Positions 1-10,576 of a stretch of 64,000 nucleotides of DNA are shown piece by piece. The notes under the pieces were generated by a model, which ran no database searches, was not told the origin of the DNA, and was given only the letters and a program-made list of their open reading frames with translations. The DNA comes from Escherichia phage LYE-01: the sequence record PQ303785.1, one strand, 5' to 3'. The position numbers were made by a program, and so were the translations under genes. Position 1 is the first letter of the stretch, and every line of letters begins with the position of its first letter.

Positions 1-453
1 ATGGCATATTCTGGAAAATGGGTTCCTAAAAATATATCAAAATATAGAGGTGACCCTAAAAAAATTACGTATAGATCAAATTGGGAAAAATTCTTTTTTG
101 AATGGTTAGATAAAAATCCAGAAATTATTGCATGGGGTAGTGAAACAGCAGTAATTCCTTATTTTTGTAATGCAGAAGGGAAAAAACGTAGATACTTCAT
201 GGATATTTGGATGAAAGATTCTTCTGGACAAGAATTTTTTATTGAAATAAAGCCTAAAAAAGAAACACAACCACCAGTTAAACCAGCACATCTAACAACC
301 GCAGCGAAGAAAAGATTTATGAATGAAATTTATACATATTCAGTTAATACTGACAAATGGAAAGCAGCTCAAGCTTTAGCTGAAAAGCGTGGAATAAAAT
401 TTAGAATTTTAACAGAAGATGGATTACGAGCTCTTGGCTTTAAGGGGGCATAA
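1..453 (+). CDS. 4: head completion protein gp4
   Basis: 150-aa ORF beginning at window position 1 ([21 protein letters not shown]...); size and sequence match my recollection of T4 gp4; synteny 4-2-3-1-57A-57B. Confidence 0.85.
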   Translation: MAYSGKWVPKNISKYRGDPKKITYRSNWEKFFFEWLDKNPEIIAWGSETAVIPYFCNAEGKKRRYFMDIWMKDSSGQEFFIEIKPKKETQPPVKPAHLTTAAKKRFMNEIYTYSVNTDKWKAAQALAEKRGIKFRILTEDGLRALGFKGA

Positions 454-1277
454 TGGCTATTTTTCAAATAATTAATGAAAGCACTCCCCAAGTTCCAAAG
501 GTTAAGCAATCATTAAACGAAAAGAAATGGATTCAAATAGGTCTTGAATACAAAAAGGCCAAAGCAAAAGGAATGACAGGAAAGCAATTTGCTGAAGAAA
601 GAGGAATTAAATATTCTACGTTTACTTCGGCAATGTCAAAATATGCTTCAGGAATTAAAACGGCTGAAAAGATTCAAAAGCTTGAATCAAAACCAATGAA
701 TAAACTCAATAAGCAAGAAAGACAACTGCTTATGATAAATTCATTCAGGCAAACATTACGTGATAAAATTCGTAATGAAGGTGCAGCAATTAATAATAAA
801 ACCAGAAAGTGGTTTGCTGAAACTATTAAGCAAGTAAAAGGACATAAAGTTGTTCGCCCGCAGCCGGGACGAATATATGCTTTTGCTTATGATGCTAAAC
901 ACAAGGAAACTCTTCCTTATTGGGATAAATTTCCTTTGATAATTTACCTCGGTTTAGGTAAACACAATTTAATGTACGGATTGAACTTGCACTATATTCC
1001 ACCTAAAGCTCGTCAGCAATTTCTAGAAGAGCTTTTAAAGCAATATTCAAATACACCTACTATTACTAATAAAACGAAATTAAAAATTGATTGGAGTCAA
1101 GTGAAAGGATTTAGAGGTGCAGACCAAATGATTAAGGCATATATACCTGGTAATATTATGGGTAGCCTAGTTGAAATCGCCCCGAAAGACTGGGCGAACG
1201 TTGTGTTAATGCCACTTCAGCAGTTCGTTTCAAAAGGAAAACGTTTCTCTGCAAACAAAGTCTGGTCAAATATCTAA
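453..1277 (+). CDS. 2: DNA end protector protein gp2
   Basis: 274-aa ORF, start overlaps gene 4 stop; size and position match T4 gp2. Confidence 0.85.
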   Translation: MAIFQIINESTPQVPKVKQSLNEKKWIQIGLEYKKAKAKGMTGKQFAEERGIKYSTFTSAMSKYASGIKTAEKIQKLESKPMNKLNKQERQLLMINSFRQTLRDKIRNEGAAINNKTRKWFAETIKQVKGHKVVRPQPGRIYAFAYDAKHKETLPYWDKFPLIIYLGLGKHNLMYGLNLHYIPPKARQQFLEELLKQYSNTPTITNKTKLKIDWSQVKGFRGADQMIKAYIPGNIMGSLVEIAPKDWANVVLMPLQQFVSKGKRFSANKVWSNI

Positions 1278-1383
1278 TTCTATTATCTTCCATTCTTTTC
1301 TATTGTTTGTTCTAATTGGAATTGAATGGAAGGGACTTAGACCCATTATACCACCAACATTTATGAAGCATTATGAGGAATAT

Positions 1384-1914
1384 ATGTCGCAAGCACTACA
1401 ACAAATTTTTAACCAAGCAAATACAACTAACTTTGTAGTATCAATACCGCATAGTAATACTACATCTGCTTTTACTTTAAATGCTCAGTCAGTTCCTATT
1501 CCGGGAATTAGGATACCTGTTACTGATACCGTGACTGGGCCGTTTGGACTAGGCCGAGCACAACGTCCAGGTGTTACATTTGAGTACGACCCACTCATCG
1601 TGAGATTTATAGTTGATGAAGAGCTTAAGTCGTGGATAGGAATGTATGAATGGATGCTAGGAACTAGCAACTATCTCACAGGCGAAAATACTGCCCAAAA
1701 AACAGGTCCTGAATACATCACGCTTTACATTTTAGATAACAGTAAAACTGAAATCGTGATGTCAATAAATTTTTATAAGCCTTGGGTTTCTGACCTGTCT
1801 GAAGTAGAATTTAGCTACACGGAAGATTCAGACCCAGCTTTAGTATGTACAGCAACGATTCCTTATACGTATTTTCAGGTAGAAAAAGATGGTAAAATTA
1901 TAGCAGAAGTTTAA
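1384..1914 (+). CDS. 3: tail completion and sheath stabiliser gp3
   Basis: ORF track starts at 1303; internal ATG at 1384 (MSQALQQIF...) preceded by GAGGAA gives 176 aa, the T4 gp3 length. Confidence 0.8.
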   Translation: MSQALQQIFNQANTTNFVVSIPHSNTTSAFTLNAQSVPIPGIRIPVTDTVTGPFGLGRAQRPGVTFEYDPLIVRFIVDEELKSWIGMYEWMLGTSNYLTGENTAQKTGPEYITLYILDNSKTEIVMSINFYKPWVSDLSEVEFSYTEDSDPALVCTATIPYTYFQVEKDGKIIAEV

Positions 1915-1963
1915 TGCTTCAGTTTCATGTGTTATAATCTTAACTAAATTTGAGGAGAAACAT

Positions 1964-2688
1964 ATGAAACTAATCTTTTTAAGTGGCGTAAAGCGTAGTG
2001 GAAAAGATACTACTGCAGATTTTATCATGAATAATTATTCTGCAGTTAAATATCAACTTGCTGGTCCTATTAAAGATGCACTGGCTTATGCATGGGGTGT
2101 GTTTGCAGCAAACACTGACTATCCTTGCTTAACTCGTAAAGAGTTTGAAGGAATTGACTATGATCGTGAGACTAATTTAAATCTGACTAAATCAGAAGTA
2201 ATCACGATTATGGAACAAGCATTTTGCTATCTTAATAGTAAAAGCCCAATTAAAGGTGTGTGTGTTTTTGAGGACGAAGGACAAGAATCAGTTGATTCCG
2301 TAGCATGTAACAAGATTATTGACGTTATAAATAATATTGAAGATCAATGGTCAGTCCGTCGTCTGATGCAAGCCCTAGGTACGGATTTGATTGTTAATAA
2401 CTTCGACCGCATGTATTGGGTAAAATTATTTGCTTTAGATTATCTTGATAAATTTAACTCAGGTTATGATTATTATATCGTTCCTGATACTCGTCAAGAT
2501 CATGAAATGGATGCGGCTAGGGCGATGGGTGCTACAGTAATTCATGTAGTTCGTCCTGGTCAAAAATCCAATGATACTCATATTACAGAAGCTGGATTGC
2601 CAATTTGTGATGGCGATTTAGTAATTACAAACGATGGTTCTCTTGAAGAACTTTTTTCTAAAATTAAAAATACACTAAAGGTACTATA

Positions 2689-2689
<1 letters not shown>
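1964..2689 (+). CDS. 1: deoxynucleoside monophosphate kinase gp1
   Basis: 241 aa; N-terminal P-loop-like GVKRSGKDT; AGGAGA SD upstream; size and position match T4 gene 1. Confidence 0.9.
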
Positions 2690-3386
<697 letters not shown>

Positions 3387-3398
3387 TTTCACAAAGTT

Positions 3399-3428
3399 AT
3401 TTACACGGGGTTTTAGTTGTGATACTAT
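3399..3428 (+). promoter_or_regulatory. T4-type early promoter (TTTACA ... GATACTAT)
   Basis: -35-like TTTACA and -10 TACTAT separated by 17 nt, upstream of ORF at 3465. Confidence 0.55.
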
Positions 3429-3464
3429 TACCCTATCAAAACAAATGAGTGATTGGAGAATAAA

Positions 3465-3737
3465 ATGAAAACATTTAAAGAATTTATCAATGAAGCTACT
3501 TTTAACGAAAAAGTAAAAATTAGCAAAGCTGTCAAGACTTTGATTGCTGACATCAATTACCTATATGATATTGATTTAACTGACTATGTAACAGTTGGTA
3601 ACAAACGTAACTTTTTCGTGTTTGACATCTCTGAACTTGACCAGAATCAAATTAACAACATTGAGCGTTTTGCTAATGATAAGGGTCTTCGTCATGAGTC
3701 AGCGGGTTATAAAAAATACGCAATTTATTTAAAATGA
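3465..3737 (+). CDS. internal protein with capsid-targeting leader (IPI locus)
   Basis: ATG at 3465 preceded by GGAGAATAAA; N-terminus MKTFKEFINEA matches the T4 capsid-targeting sequence; sits next to 57B like T4 ipI. Confidence 0.7.
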   Translation: MKTFKEFINEATFNEKVKISKAVKTLIADINYLYDIDLTDYVTVGNKRNFFVFDISELDQNQINNIERFANDKGLRHESAGYKKYAIYLK

Positions 3738-3767
3738 GTTTACTTTTAAATAGGGTTGTGGTACTAT
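3738..3767 (+). promoter_or_regulatory. T4-type early promoter
   Basis: GTTTAC, 18 nt, TACTAT upstream of ORF 3798. Confidence 0.55.
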
Positions 3768-3797
3768 TATCTCATCAAAATTAATTAGGAAAATAAA

Positions 3798-4106
3798 ATG
3801 AAAACATTTAAAGAATTTATCAATGAAGCGGCTGCACCAAAGACATTCGTTATTAATACTCAAGCGAGTCTTGATGATGAGTACGCGGAGGCAATTCTGA
3901 GGTCACTTGCTAAGAACGGCGTTGAAGTAATCGCCTCGGACTTTAAGAAAGGGGCTTCCGAGATGTTTATTTCTATAACTAAAGGATCTAAAGCTAAAAT
4001 CAAATCATCATTCGGTGTTGCTCGTACCGATCAAATCGACAATCATGACTTTAAACAAACTGGTGTTAAACGGCAGAACACAATTGCATCACGCGGAATA
4101 AAATAG
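3798..4106 (+). CDS. IPII-like internal protein paralog with capsid-targeting leader
   Basis: 102 aa, MKTFKEFINEAAAPK...; clearly alignable along its length with the 100-aa ipII product at 11530..11832. Confidence 0.7.
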   Translation: MKTFKEFINEAAAPKTFVINTQASLDDEYAEAILRSLAKNGVEVIASDFKKGASEMFISITKGSKAKIKSSFGVARTDQIDNHDFKQTGVKRQNTIASRGIK

Positions 4107-4116
4107 TTTATAAACC

Positions 4117-4146
4117 GTTTACTTTTAGATGGGGTAGTGATATTAT
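4117..4146 (+). promoter_or_regulatory. T4-type early promoter
   Basis: GTTTAC, 18 nt, TATTAT upstream of ORF 4175. Confidence 0.5.
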
Positions 4147-4174
4147 TACCCTATCAACTACTGAGGAGAATAAA

Positions 4175-4357
4175 ATGAAACGTTGTGAATTAATTCGAAA
4201 TGTTGCTATTGCAATTTCTGCTTCCGCTTTTAGTTTTTCAATGTTTGTTGGATTTATATGCGGATTATTAACTACAGCAGAAAATGTGTTTTCACTTGTA
4301 GTAGCATTTTTAATTGGTTTAATTGCTATCGTTATGGATAAAATTTCTAAAGGTTAA
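4175..4357 (+). CDS. small membrane protein (two predicted TM helices)
   Basis: 60 aa, hydrophobic; GAGGAGAATAAA SD. Confidence 0.55.
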   Translation: MKRCELIRNVAIAISASAFSFSMFVGFICGLLTTAENVFSLVVAFLIGLIAIVMDKISKG

Positions 4358-4359
4358 TA

Positions 4360-4647
4360 ATGATTCTTTATGCGAAAGTATCGTCTATTGAAAATGGATA
4401 TAAATATGATCAAGAAGCAGCTAAAGCCTTGATTGATGATTATGGCATTTTAACATGTTTTGAAGTTGAAAAGGTTTACATTGACCGTTCATCTTCTCAA
4501 GTTAAATTAGTGAAGGAAGACCGTAAATTTAATACAGTAAATTTTGATTTCTTTATTGAAACAGAAAAAGGTCCTCTTGAATACGATATTTTCAAGAATC
4601 CTTTGGGTCTTGAATGCATCGTAAATATGTATCATCATAAATGGTAA
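4360..4647 (+). CDS. hypothetical protein
   Basis: 95-aa ORF immediately after 4175..4357. Confidence 0.5.
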   Translation: MILYAKVSSIENGYKYDQEAAKALIDDYGILTCFEVEKVYIDRSSSQVKLVKEDRKFNTVNFDFFIETEKGPLEYDIFKNPLGLECIVNMYHHKW

Positions 4648-4744
4648 ATATGCTTTAAGAATTATTTGTTATTATTAACTCATATCGCACTGATTAATAC
4701 CCTCTATCATCAAGGGTTCTTATTTGAGAGCCTTTGTTAATAAT

Positions 4745-4817
4745 TGGGAATTAGCCAAGTTGGTAAGGCATAGCACTTTGACTGCTAGATGCAAAGGTTC
4801 GAGTCCTTTATTCCCAG
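4745..4817 (+). tRNA. tRNA-Gln (anticodon UUG)
   Basis: cloverleaf folded by hand: 7-bp acceptor tgggaat/attccca, anticodon loop CT-TTG-AC, GGTTCGAGTCC T-arm. Confidence 0.85.
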
Positions 4818-4818
4818 C

Positions 4819-4905
4819 GCGAGAATGGTCAAATTGGTAAAGGCACAGCACTTAAAATGCTGCGGAATGATTTCCTTGTGGGTTCGAGTCCCACTTCTCG
4901 CACCA
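4819..4905 (+). tRNA. tRNA-Leu (anticodon UAA)
   Basis: acceptor gcgagaa/ttctcgc, anticodon loop CT-TAA-AA, long variable arm, encoded CCA. Confidence 0.85.
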
Positions 4906-4910
4906 AATTT

Positions 4911-4984
<74 letters not shown>

Positions 4985-4994
4985 ATTTAATTTA

Positions 4995-5068
4995 CTCCGT
5001 GTAGCTCAGTTTGGTAGAGCGCCTGATTTGGGATCAGGAGGTCCAAGGTTCAAATCCTTGTATGGAGA
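4995..5068 (+). tRNA. tRNA-Pro (anticodon UGG)
   Basis: anticodon stem cctga/tcagg with loop TT-TGG-GA; GGTTCAAATCC T-arm. Confidence 0.8.
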
Positions 5069-5070
5069 CT

Positions 5071-5160
5071 GGAGGCGTGGCAGAGTGGTTTAATGCACCG
5101 GTCTTGAAAACCGGCAGTCGCTCCGGCGACTCATAGGTTCAAATCCTATCGCCTCCGCCA
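5071..5160 (+). tRNA. tRNA-Ser (anticodon UGA)
   Basis: acceptor ggaggcg/cgcctcc, anticodon loop CT-TGA-AA, long variable arm, encoded CCA. Confidence 0.85.
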
Positions 5161-5165
5161 GTTTT

Positions 5166-5241
5166 GCTGATTTAGCTCAGTAGGTAGAGCAACTCACTTG
5201 TAATGAGAAGGTCGGCGGTTCGATTCCGTCAATCAGCACCA
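5166..5241 (+). tRNA. tRNA-Thr (anticodon UGU)
   Basis: acceptor gctgatt/aatcagc, anticodon loop CT-TGT-AA, encoded CCA. Confidence 0.85.
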
Positions 5242-5242
5242 A

Positions 5243-5317
5243 GGCCCTGTAGCTGGAAGGTTCAAGCAAGCGACTCATAATCGCCAGATGGTGGTTCAAT
5301 TCCACCCAGGGCCACCA
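5243..5317 (+). tRNA. tRNA-Ile (anticodon CAU, presumably lysidine-modified)
   Basis: acceptor ggccctg/cagggcc, anticodon loop CT-CAT-AA; T4 tRNA-Ile carries CAU. Confidence 0.75.
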
Positions 5318-5326
5318 AATTAATTT

Positions 5327-5413
5327 GGGGAGTTATCCCGTAGAGGTAGCGGTGTGGACTGTAAATCCATTGTCATTGCGACTCGGGTGGTTCGACTCCA
5401 TCACTCCCCACCA
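5327..5413 (+). tRNA. tRNA-Tyr-like (anticodon GUA), class II with long variable arm
   Basis: acceptor ggggagt/actcccc, anticodon stem gtgga/tccat with loop CT-GTA-AA, variable-arm hairpin gtc-attgc-gac resembling bacterial tRNA-Tyr, TTCGACT T-loop, CCA; D-stem imperfect. Confidence 0.6.
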
Positions 5414-5417
5414 ATTT

Positions 5418-5492
5418 GGATGTGTAGCTCAATGGCAGAGCGATCGCCTGTTAAGCGATTGGTTATAGGTTCGAATCCTATCACGTCCGCCA
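5418..5492 (+). tRNA. tRNA-Asn (anticodon GUU)
   Basis: acceptor ggatgtg/cacgtcc, D-stem gctc/gagc, anticodon stem atcgc/gcgat with loop CT-GTT-AA, T-arm atagg-ttcgaat-cctat, CCA. Confidence 0.8.
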
Positions 5493-5496
5493 AATC

Positions 5497-5572
5497 CGAG
5501 GCATAGCTCAGAAGGAAGAGCAAGGACCTTCTAAGTCCTAGGTCGTAGGTTCGATCCCTACTGCCTCGACCA
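5497..5572 (+). tRNA. tRNA-Arg (anticodon UCU)
   Basis: acceptor cgaggca/tgcctcg, anticodon stem aggac/gtcct with loop CT-TCT-AA, CCA. Confidence 0.85.
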
Positions 5573-5588
5573 ATTAAGTGAGGAAAAT

Positions 5589-5939
5589 ATGAAAGGTAAT
5601 GTTTATTTAGTAGTTCATGATTTAACATTCTATTTTAATCACAATGACACTGTTATTTCTGAACGTGTAATTAATTTGCTTTATCAGCATGCAGATTATG
5701 TTTATGTCGAAAACGAATATGGACATTGGCAATTTCTCAAAAATCGTTCATTTGGCTTAGATGATTACGAATATTTTGAACGTAAAGACCTTTTAGATAA
5801 AATTCCGTTATCTACACAATATCAAAATCATAAGTCTTTATATAAATGCCGGTTAATTCGAAATGCTGAATCCGCATATGAAGCAATTGATTTATGGCGT
5901 AAACGTCGTGAACAGGTTGATGCTTTAAAAGAATACTAA
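5589..5939 (+). CDS. hypothetical protein
   Basis: 116-aa ORF with GTGAGGAAAAT SD directly after the tRNA array; no GIY-YIG motif, so not segB-like. Confidence 0.55.
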   Translation: MKGNVYLVVHDLTFYFNHNDTVISERVINLLYQHADYVYVENEYGHWQFLKNRSFGLDDYEYFERKDLLDKIPLSTQYQNHKSLYKCRLIRNAESAYEAIDLWRKRREQVDALKEY

Positions 5940-5944
5940 GAAAC

Positions 5945-6245
5945 CGGGTCGCTACCGGTAAGTCGTCGGACTGATGTTCCCTGGAGTATAGTTTCTCCCA
6001 CAGTTTTACTGTGTTCTGATTCTTTACTATCACAGCAGAAACGGCGCACCGAATTATCGATTCGAGGAAATATCTTTGCCATAAGCCGAGTAGCGTTTTT
6101 GACGGAACGTTCGGATATGGTCGAGATATGGCCTTTTAAAAATATTGAGTAGCGTCAACTACTTAATAACCGGGTTCGAATCCCGGCGTTTCGTACAAAC
6201 ACTTGCCTTAGCAGGTGGAACCCCGACAAGGTTGCCGCAAGGCTT
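5945..6245 (+). ncRNA. putative structured stable RNA region (positional analogue of T4 rnaC/rnaD)
   Basis: about 300 nt with no credible ORF between the tRNA array and a terminator; contains a tRNA T-arm-like hairpin ccggg-TTCGAAT-cccgg near 6171-6190. Confidence 0.4.
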
Positions 6246-6247
6246 AG

Positions 6248-6278
6248 CCCCGACCGAAAGGTTGGGGCTTTTTGGTAT
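6248..6278 (+). terminator. intrinsic terminator hairpin
   Basis: ccccgacc-GAAA-ggttgggg followed by CTTTTT. Confidence 0.6.
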
Positions 6279-6322
6279 AAATATAGTAGTATATTAAATC
6301 ACGAATTAAAACAGGAAATAAG

Positions 6323-6796
6323 ATGAAATCATATGCTCAATTTTTAAATGAAGTGGTGTTAAATGAAGCATCCGCTTCAGATGTTCGCGCTGTAGCAACT
6401 GCTGCTATTAAAGCTGGTAAATATTCTTATAAAGATGCTTCTGACGAATCTCGGTACAAGTTCTACGACGATATGAGAGCTGAAGGCTTTGTGGGTAACT
6501 ATGTTACCACCGCCTGGAAAAGCCTGGTTGCTACTGGTGCGGCTTTCGAAAAACCTTCCGGTAAACCTGCTCCTAAGGCTGACCCTAAAGCAGCACAAGA
6601 AAAAAATATTGCTAAAGGAATTATCTCTAGGTATGAAGCAATTCTTAAAGAACTTTTGGTAATTAAGACCGAAGGCCAGAAACTTGCGCGAGCTCATAGT
6701 TTTAAAGATAATCCACATGCTCATGACCTAGAGTATGTGGAAGACCTCCAAAAAATCATCAAAGACCGCATTTGGTCTGCTAAACAAATCAAATAA
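6323..6796 (+). CDS. hypothetical protein with capsid-targeting-like N-terminus
   Basis: 157 aa; MKSYAQFLNEV resembles the MKT(F/Y)KEFIxE leader of internal proteins; AGGAAATAAG SD. Confidence 0.55.
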   Translation: MKSYAQFLNEVVLNEASASDVRAVATAAIKAGKYSYKDASDESRYKFYDDMRAEGFVGNYVTTAWKSLVATGAAFEKPSGKPAPKADPKAAQEKNIAKGIISRYEAILKELLVIKTEGQKLARAHSFKDNPHAHDLEYVEDLQKIIKDRIWSAKQIK

Positions 6797-6805
6797 CATT
6801 CTTAT

Positions 6806-6835
6806 CCCCAGCTGAAAGGTTGGGGCTTTTGGTAT
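6806..6835 (+). terminator. intrinsic terminator hairpin (near-copy of the one at 6248)
   Basis: ccccagc-TGAAA-ggttgggg followed by CTTTTGG; the GAAAGGTTGGGGCTTTT core is shared with 6258-6275. Confidence 0.55.
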
Positions 6836-6934
6836 CTAGGCCTTTCTGGACCTCTCTAGGCATCATTTAGTTTCTACCCTTTATAATATATTATCCTATC
6901 CTTTAATTGCCCCTCCCTGCCCTAGAATTCCCTA

Positions 6935-7036
6935 AAACTTTTCAAAAATTTTTTCACAAAACTGTTTACATCTCTGTTCTTCCGTGGTACTATATCAATA
7001 TTAACTACTGATACAGAAAACAACTTGGAGAATAAA
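6935..7036 (+). repeat. promoter-leader cassette, copy 1 of a dispersed family
   Basis: ATTCCCTAAAAC...TTTTTCACAAAACTGTTTACA...GGTACTATA...ACTGATAC...GGAGAATAAAATG; near-copies at about 21645, 23100, 32680 and 47936. Confidence 0.6.
6964..6993 (+). promoter_or_regulatory. T4-type early promoter
   Basis: GTTTAC, 18 nt, TACTAT. Confidence 0.55.
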
Positions 7037-7300
7037 ATGGATAATTACGGCGAACTGTTTAATTTCTTTATGAAATGCGTTTCAGAAGATTTCGGTCGTA
7101 CAGTGAATGATATTAAAGTCATCGGTCCTGACCATCCGATGTTTGAAACTTACGCAGTAATGGGTAATGAAGACGGTCAGTGGTATACTGTAAAGGTTGT
7201 GATTAACATGTTCACTGCTGAAGGTTATGTTAAACTGTCTTCTAAAGTTTACCATGATAACGACGAAATCGCAGAAGAATATTTCAATAATATGAAATAA
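7037..7300 (+). CDS. hypothetical protein
   Basis: ORF track from 7025; ATG at 7037 follows GGAGAATAAA; 87 aa. Confidence 0.5.
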   Translation: MDNYGELFNFFMKCVSEDFGRTVNDIKVIGPDHPMFETYAVMGNEDGQWYTVKVVINMFTAEGYVKLSSKVYHDNDEIAEEYFNNMK

Positions 7301-7368
7301 GTGTGTACAAACACCAAGGACGGTGTTATTATAGATTTATCAAAACAAATACAGAAACGGAGAAATAA

Positions 7369-7545
7369 ATGACTACTTTAACTATTTGGTTTGACGAAAA
7401 TGAAGAAACATACTGTGTGAACATTGATGAAAGTCCAATGCCTGACTTTGAATCTTCAGATAAGAAGTCGGTTATATCTTGGGCTGAAGGTTATAAAGCA
7501 GCAAAAGGCGATGTTAAAATAGTTTATAAACTCTTTGAAATATAA
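7369..7545 (+). CDS. hypothetical small protein
   Basis: 58-aa ORF (MTTLTIWFDENEETYCV...) with GGAGAAATAA SD; below the ORF-track size cutoff. Confidence 0.4.
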   Translation: MTTLTIWFDENEETYCVNIDESPMPDFESSDKKSVISWAEGYKAAKGDVKIVYKLFEI

Positions 7546-7588
7546 TACTTCCATGGATTTTAAATTTCAATCAACCTAAGGAAATACT

Positions 7589-8182
7589 ATGAACACACTG
7601 AAGAAAATTGTTGAGTTTATTCGCACTAAACTTGGTTCTGCTATGGCTAAAAATCTATCTGTTGAAGAACAGTATACTGCTGCAGCAGCAAAATTACTTG
7701 ATAAAATTAAAGACCTAAAAACTGCTTCTGTTAAATCTATTAATGAAGAAAAACGTATTCGTGAACTTGTTATCGAAAAGAATCGACAAGCCGAATCAAA
7801 AGAGCGTGAAATTCGCAAGCTTCTTTCCGAAGGTCAAGATGTAACAATGCATGCTAAACTCGGTTTGCTATATCGTCGAACAGCTGAGCAGTTGACTACT
7901 AAGGCTGACGGTTATGCTGAAATGCGAATTGAAATCGCCAAGAAAGTAGTTGAGTTAGATGATGCTCGCCAAGAACTTGCAGTTAAATTGGAATATATCC
8001 GTGAAACTCGTGCAGCAAATGCCCTTGGAATTAGTACTGCCGATGATGTAGTTGAAATTGCAGCACTGACCAAGGTTGATATTGAAGATACTCTTGCTCG
8101 AGTTGAAACCTTTAATGGTAATATTTCTGGGGTTGAAACCACCTCTGCCGATGTCCAGGAATATATTAATTCTCTGAAATAA
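7589..8182 (+). CDS. hypothetical coiled-coil protein
   Basis: 197 aa, heptad-rich and charged throughout (possibly PspA-like; not verified). Confidence 0.5.
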   Translation: MNTLKKIVEFIRTKLGSAMAKNLSVEEQYTAAAAKLLDKIKDLKTASVKSINEEKRIRELVIEKNRQAESKEREIRKLLSEGQDVTMHAKLGLLYRRTAEQLTTKADGYAEMRIEIAKKVVELDDARQELAVKLEYIRETRAANALGISTADDVVEIAALTKVDIEDTLARVETFNGNISGVETTSADVQEYINSLK

Positions 8183-8187
8183 TGATA

Positions 8188-8203
8188 AGGGGCTTCGGCC
8201 CCT
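8188..8203 (+). terminator. UUCG-tetraloop hairpin
   Basis: aggggc-TTCG-gcccct right after the stop; weak U tract. Confidence 0.45.
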
Positions 8204-8223
8204 ATTACTTGGAGTAAATAGGA

Positions 8224-8832
8224 ATGAGAATGCAAAATGATTTCAATTCAATGTTTGAAGAGTTCCAAAGACAAGTTGATGTTCCAGACCAATTACTAAA
8301 TGCTCTTAAACGTATGGCAGAAGGACGTAATTACTATTGGGGCTCTTCGTATGAAACTGATGAAAGTCTTTCTGGAAGACTTTATAGAGGTAAAAAGTCT
8401 TTAATACGTCCTGGAATACTTATTAACAGTATTGAATCAATTCATTCATTGACATGTGATTTTGATGTTGAATTTACTGATTTCGTTTCTCCTGAATGGA
8501 CAGTTTGTTATTTAAACGACGATTATGATTATCTTGGCATTTATAGTTTAAGTGACGCGTGTTTTAGACGTAATTTACAAAAGTCAAATTTATTTTATAT
8601 TGATACTACGGTAAAATTTCAGGGAAAGAAATATTTCTTTACTCTTATAGTTGACTCTGAAACAAAATATGAAAATAAGCGTATTCTTAGTAAAAAGAAT
8701 ATCTTGACTATTATTGATGATCTTTTTGATAAATTCGTGGAAAATCCTAATTTTGAAAGCGATTTATTACTAGAAAAATTTGTGAAGGAATGCAGAGAAT
8801 ATGTCAAAGCCATCACTATACCTTCCAAGTAA
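8224..8832 (+). CDS. hypothetical protein
   Basis: 202-aa ORF. Confidence 0.5.
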   Translation: MRMQNDFNSMFEEFQRQVDVPDQLLNALKRMAEGRNYYWGSSYETDESLSGRLYRGKKSLIRPGILINSIESIHSLTCDFDVEFTDFVSPEWTVCYLNDDYDYLGIYSLSDACFRRNLQKSNLFYIDTTVKFQGKKYFFTLIVDSETKYENKRILSKKNILTIIDDLFDKFVENPNFESDLLLEKFVKECREYVKAITIPSK

Positions 8833-9193
8833 ACCTGTGAAGTATGAACTAAAGCACCAGATAATTTCTACCGATGTATTAATGGGTCCTGTGGTAGCTG
8901 TATCATTTGTGATTCTGCTGATTGCTGGAATGGTTATAGACGTTATGACTGATATTGAATCTGGTGTAATATTTGGAGCAACACTAATTCTTCCATTAAT
9001 AATTCCACTTTTATTAGTACCTGTAAATTGGGTAGGATACTGGTATCAAGGAAGGCATTATCGTAAACGCGTACGTGATTGGAAAGCTCAGTGTAAAAAG
9101 ATTAAAAAGGAACACCAGCTTAAACTAGATATGTATGAATTTAACGAAATTATGAAATTTGTTAAGGAATCACGATGCAAAAGCCAAAACTAA
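8801..9193 (+). CDS. small membrane protein (tandem paralog 1)
   Basis: 130 aa, two hydrophobic helices; C-terminal EFNEIMKFVKESRCK resembles the C-terminus of the next ORF. Confidence 0.5.
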   Translation: MSKPSLYLPSKPVKYELKHQIISTDVLMGPVVAVSFVILLIAGMVIDVMTDIESGVIFGATLILPLIIPLLLVPVNWVGYWYQGRHYRKRVRDWKAQCKKIKKEHQLKLDMYEFNEIMKFVKESRCKSQN

Positions 9194-9537
9194 ATAAAGT
9201 CAAATATTCGCTTCCTGAGTCATTTTTAATTTTTGCTGTGGCGTTGGCTGCAGCTCTTGCGGGTAGTCTTTTTGGATTGTTAATTGACTGTCTTATTTTA
9301 AACATCGACGGCACAGTAAATATAACAGAAGTTTGGAGTGAACTTCACTATACTAAAATTATTTCATTATTTTCATTCTTTGGTACCATGTTATATTTTC
9401 ATTATGATAATTTTAAAATAAATTGGCAAAGAAAAAAGGATTACAAAATACAATTAAAAGAATATAATAGCTACATGTCTTATATTGAAAATGAATCAAT
9501 GAAAGAGTTTGTGAGTGATTGCAGGAAATTAAAATGA
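9175..9537 (+). CDS. small membrane protein (tandem paralog 2)
   Basis: 120 aa, two hydrophobic helices; C-terminal ENESMKEFVSDCRK. Confidence 0.5.
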   Translation: MQKPKLNKVKYSLPESFLIFAVALAAALAGSLFGLLIDCLILNIDGTVNITEVWSELHYTKIISLFSFFGTMLYFHYDNFKINWQRKKDYKIQLKEYNSYMSYIENESMKEFVSDCRKLK

Positions 9538-9974
9538 AAACATTATCAGCTGGTATTATCTTCATGACAGAAGATAAAGATTTATTTATGGGTCGGGTTA
9601 CTGGTTCTCGTAAGCCTGGAATGATGGCACATCGTTGGGATATTCCAAAGGGCCGTGTAGAAAATTCTGATTTAATCGCACTAGATGCAGCACGAAGAGA
9701 ATGCTTAGAAGAGACTGGTTTTAGCAATTATAATCCAGACCTTCTAGAAGACCTAGGTGTATTTAAATATTCTAGTAATAAAGACTTACAGTTATTTTAT
9801 TATACGATTCCAGTAGAGCATGAGATGTTTAGAAATTGCCATTGCGAGTCTTATTTTGAAAATAAAGATGGCGTTATGATTCCAGAGATGGATGCTTTTG
9901 CTCTTATTCCTCGCACTCAGTGGCAATATGTGATGGGTCCTTCACTTTACCGAATAATGAACAACCTCTTTTAA
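9534..9974 (+). CDS. nudE: Nudix hydrolase NudE (e.1)
   Basis: Nudix box GRVENSDLIALDAARRECLEETGF; ATG at 9534 within track ORF 9519..9974; sits beside lysozyme as in T4. Confidence 0.8.
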   Translation: MKTLSAGIIFMTEDKDLFMGRVTGSRKPGMMAHRWDIPKGRVENSDLIALDAARRECLEETGFSNYNPDLLEDLGVFKYSSNKDLQLFYYTIPVEHEMFRNCHCESYFENKDGVMIPEMDAFALIPRTQWQYVMGPSLYRIMNNLF

Positions 9975-10505
<531 letters not shown>

Positions 10506-10509
10506 AGTT

Positions 10510-10539
10510 GTTTACTTTCTCCTAGAACTGTGATAGTAT
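10510..10539 (+). promoter_or_regulatory. T4-type early promoter
   Basis: GTTTAC, 18 nt, TAGTAT upstream of ORF 10577. Confidence 0.5.
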
Positions 10540-10576
10540 ATTCATAGTTACTAATTAAAATATTTAAAGGAACCAT

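Noticed and set aside
7589-8182. Specific assignment of the 197-aa coiled-coil protein as PspA/IM30
   Set aside because: Only general coiled-coil character is visible and no diagnostic motif could be confirmed by eye; left as hypothetical.
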